In this document: positions 63,358 through 64,000 of the stretch, in pieces | Position numbering within the stretch: position 1 is the first letter of the stretch | How the letters are laid out: each line of letters starts with the position of its first letter | Origin: Aplysia californica | Taxonomy: Eukaryota | DNA: 64,000 bases | Assembly (NCBI RefSeq): GCF_000002075.1 | Contig: NW_004798086.1 | Location: 205,743 to 269,742 of the forward strand | Reading direction: 5' to 3' | The notes under the pieces: generated by a model | Told to the model about the DNA's origin: nothing | Seen by the model: only the letters and a program-made list of their open reading frames with translations | Databases searched by the model: none | Made by a program: the position numbers and the translations under genes

Positions 63358-63892
63358 TATTGCTTTAAGGCTTTATCAGAATCAAAGATAGAAAAATATA
63401 AAAAGTAATAGATACTTTACAGTCTGTACAGCCACCACATAGAACACTCCCAGAGCGCATGCACTGGATCCATAACAGGCTCTGCCAGAGACACATTTAC
63501 TGAAAAGCACACGACACTGTCCAAATTCACGAGAGCCATTGAGTCCCAAAGTTCAAGGTCTTAGACGAGACATCTCGTCATGGTCATAACAGTTCAGTTT
63601 TAGTAGAGGTTTTACGGTGCTCGCAACTGCACGAGGTCATATGGAGCGCCAAAAGATTAGAGGTGTTACAAGAGAGTAACAAACATAAAAAAGAAGAGGG
63701 GGAGATAAGGACGATAGATGTTTGACGGGAAAGAAGGAGCGAACCACACCAGAGTAGGCCTACCTGCCATTCTTTCCAGGTTTCTACTTAAGGGCATGGC
63801 AAAATACCAGCAACTAGTTTCTTATCCTCGATATAGCAGGGTATGGTTTCCTGCACTCAAAATCCAATCATTAAGACATTTTCACCCATAAT

Positions 63893-64000
63893 GTGGCACC
63901 GGTGGTCAAATGGTTAGGTTCTCCAAATCTCAGCTGTAAGGTCATGGGTTCAAATCCCGTCAAGGATCCGAAGTTCTGCCTTGGAGAAAGGCACTTCACA
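63893..64000 (+). mobile_element. tRNA-derived SINE head (runs off the window)
   Basis: GGTGGTCAAATGG (A box) ... GGTTCAAATCC (B box) followed by CCTTGGAGAAAGGCACTT, CORE-like. Confidence 0.55.

Overview
Eukaryotic, repeat-rich, gapped draft-assembly DNA, most likely from a heterobranch gastropod such as Aplysia (inferred from the chemoreceptor-type GPCR and the SINE and LINE types; not provable from the window alone). Host genes: an intronless DHHC palmitoyltransferase (5098-5973 +); two single-coding-exon rhodopsin-class GPCRs (17781-18821 - and 24078-25667 -); two orphan exons of an astacin-MAM (meprin-like) protease (36504-36747, 37904-38069 +); and a complete 4-exon, ~586-aa Shaw/Kv3-like K+ channel (40519-50901 +) whose S6 gate reads TIP instead of PVP. 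The rest is a dense mix of decayed Gypsy, LINE and Tc1/mariner remnants, several SINE or short-retroposon families sharing one 3' stem-loop, at least six MITE families, and micro/minisatellites. Most notable observations: (1) TA-(G..C)-TA micro-palindromes that appear as insertions in individual repeat copies and pile up in the upstream region of the housekeeping gene, a possible transposon-excision footprint record; (2) the candidate silent or regulatory Shaw subunit; (3) a hairpin-tail module shared by several retroposon families that also occurs as a ~57-bp insertion on its own; (4) a CTGTCCCC MITE family with 6-bp TSDs of unclear superfamily. Repeat boundaries were read by eye and many are approximate.
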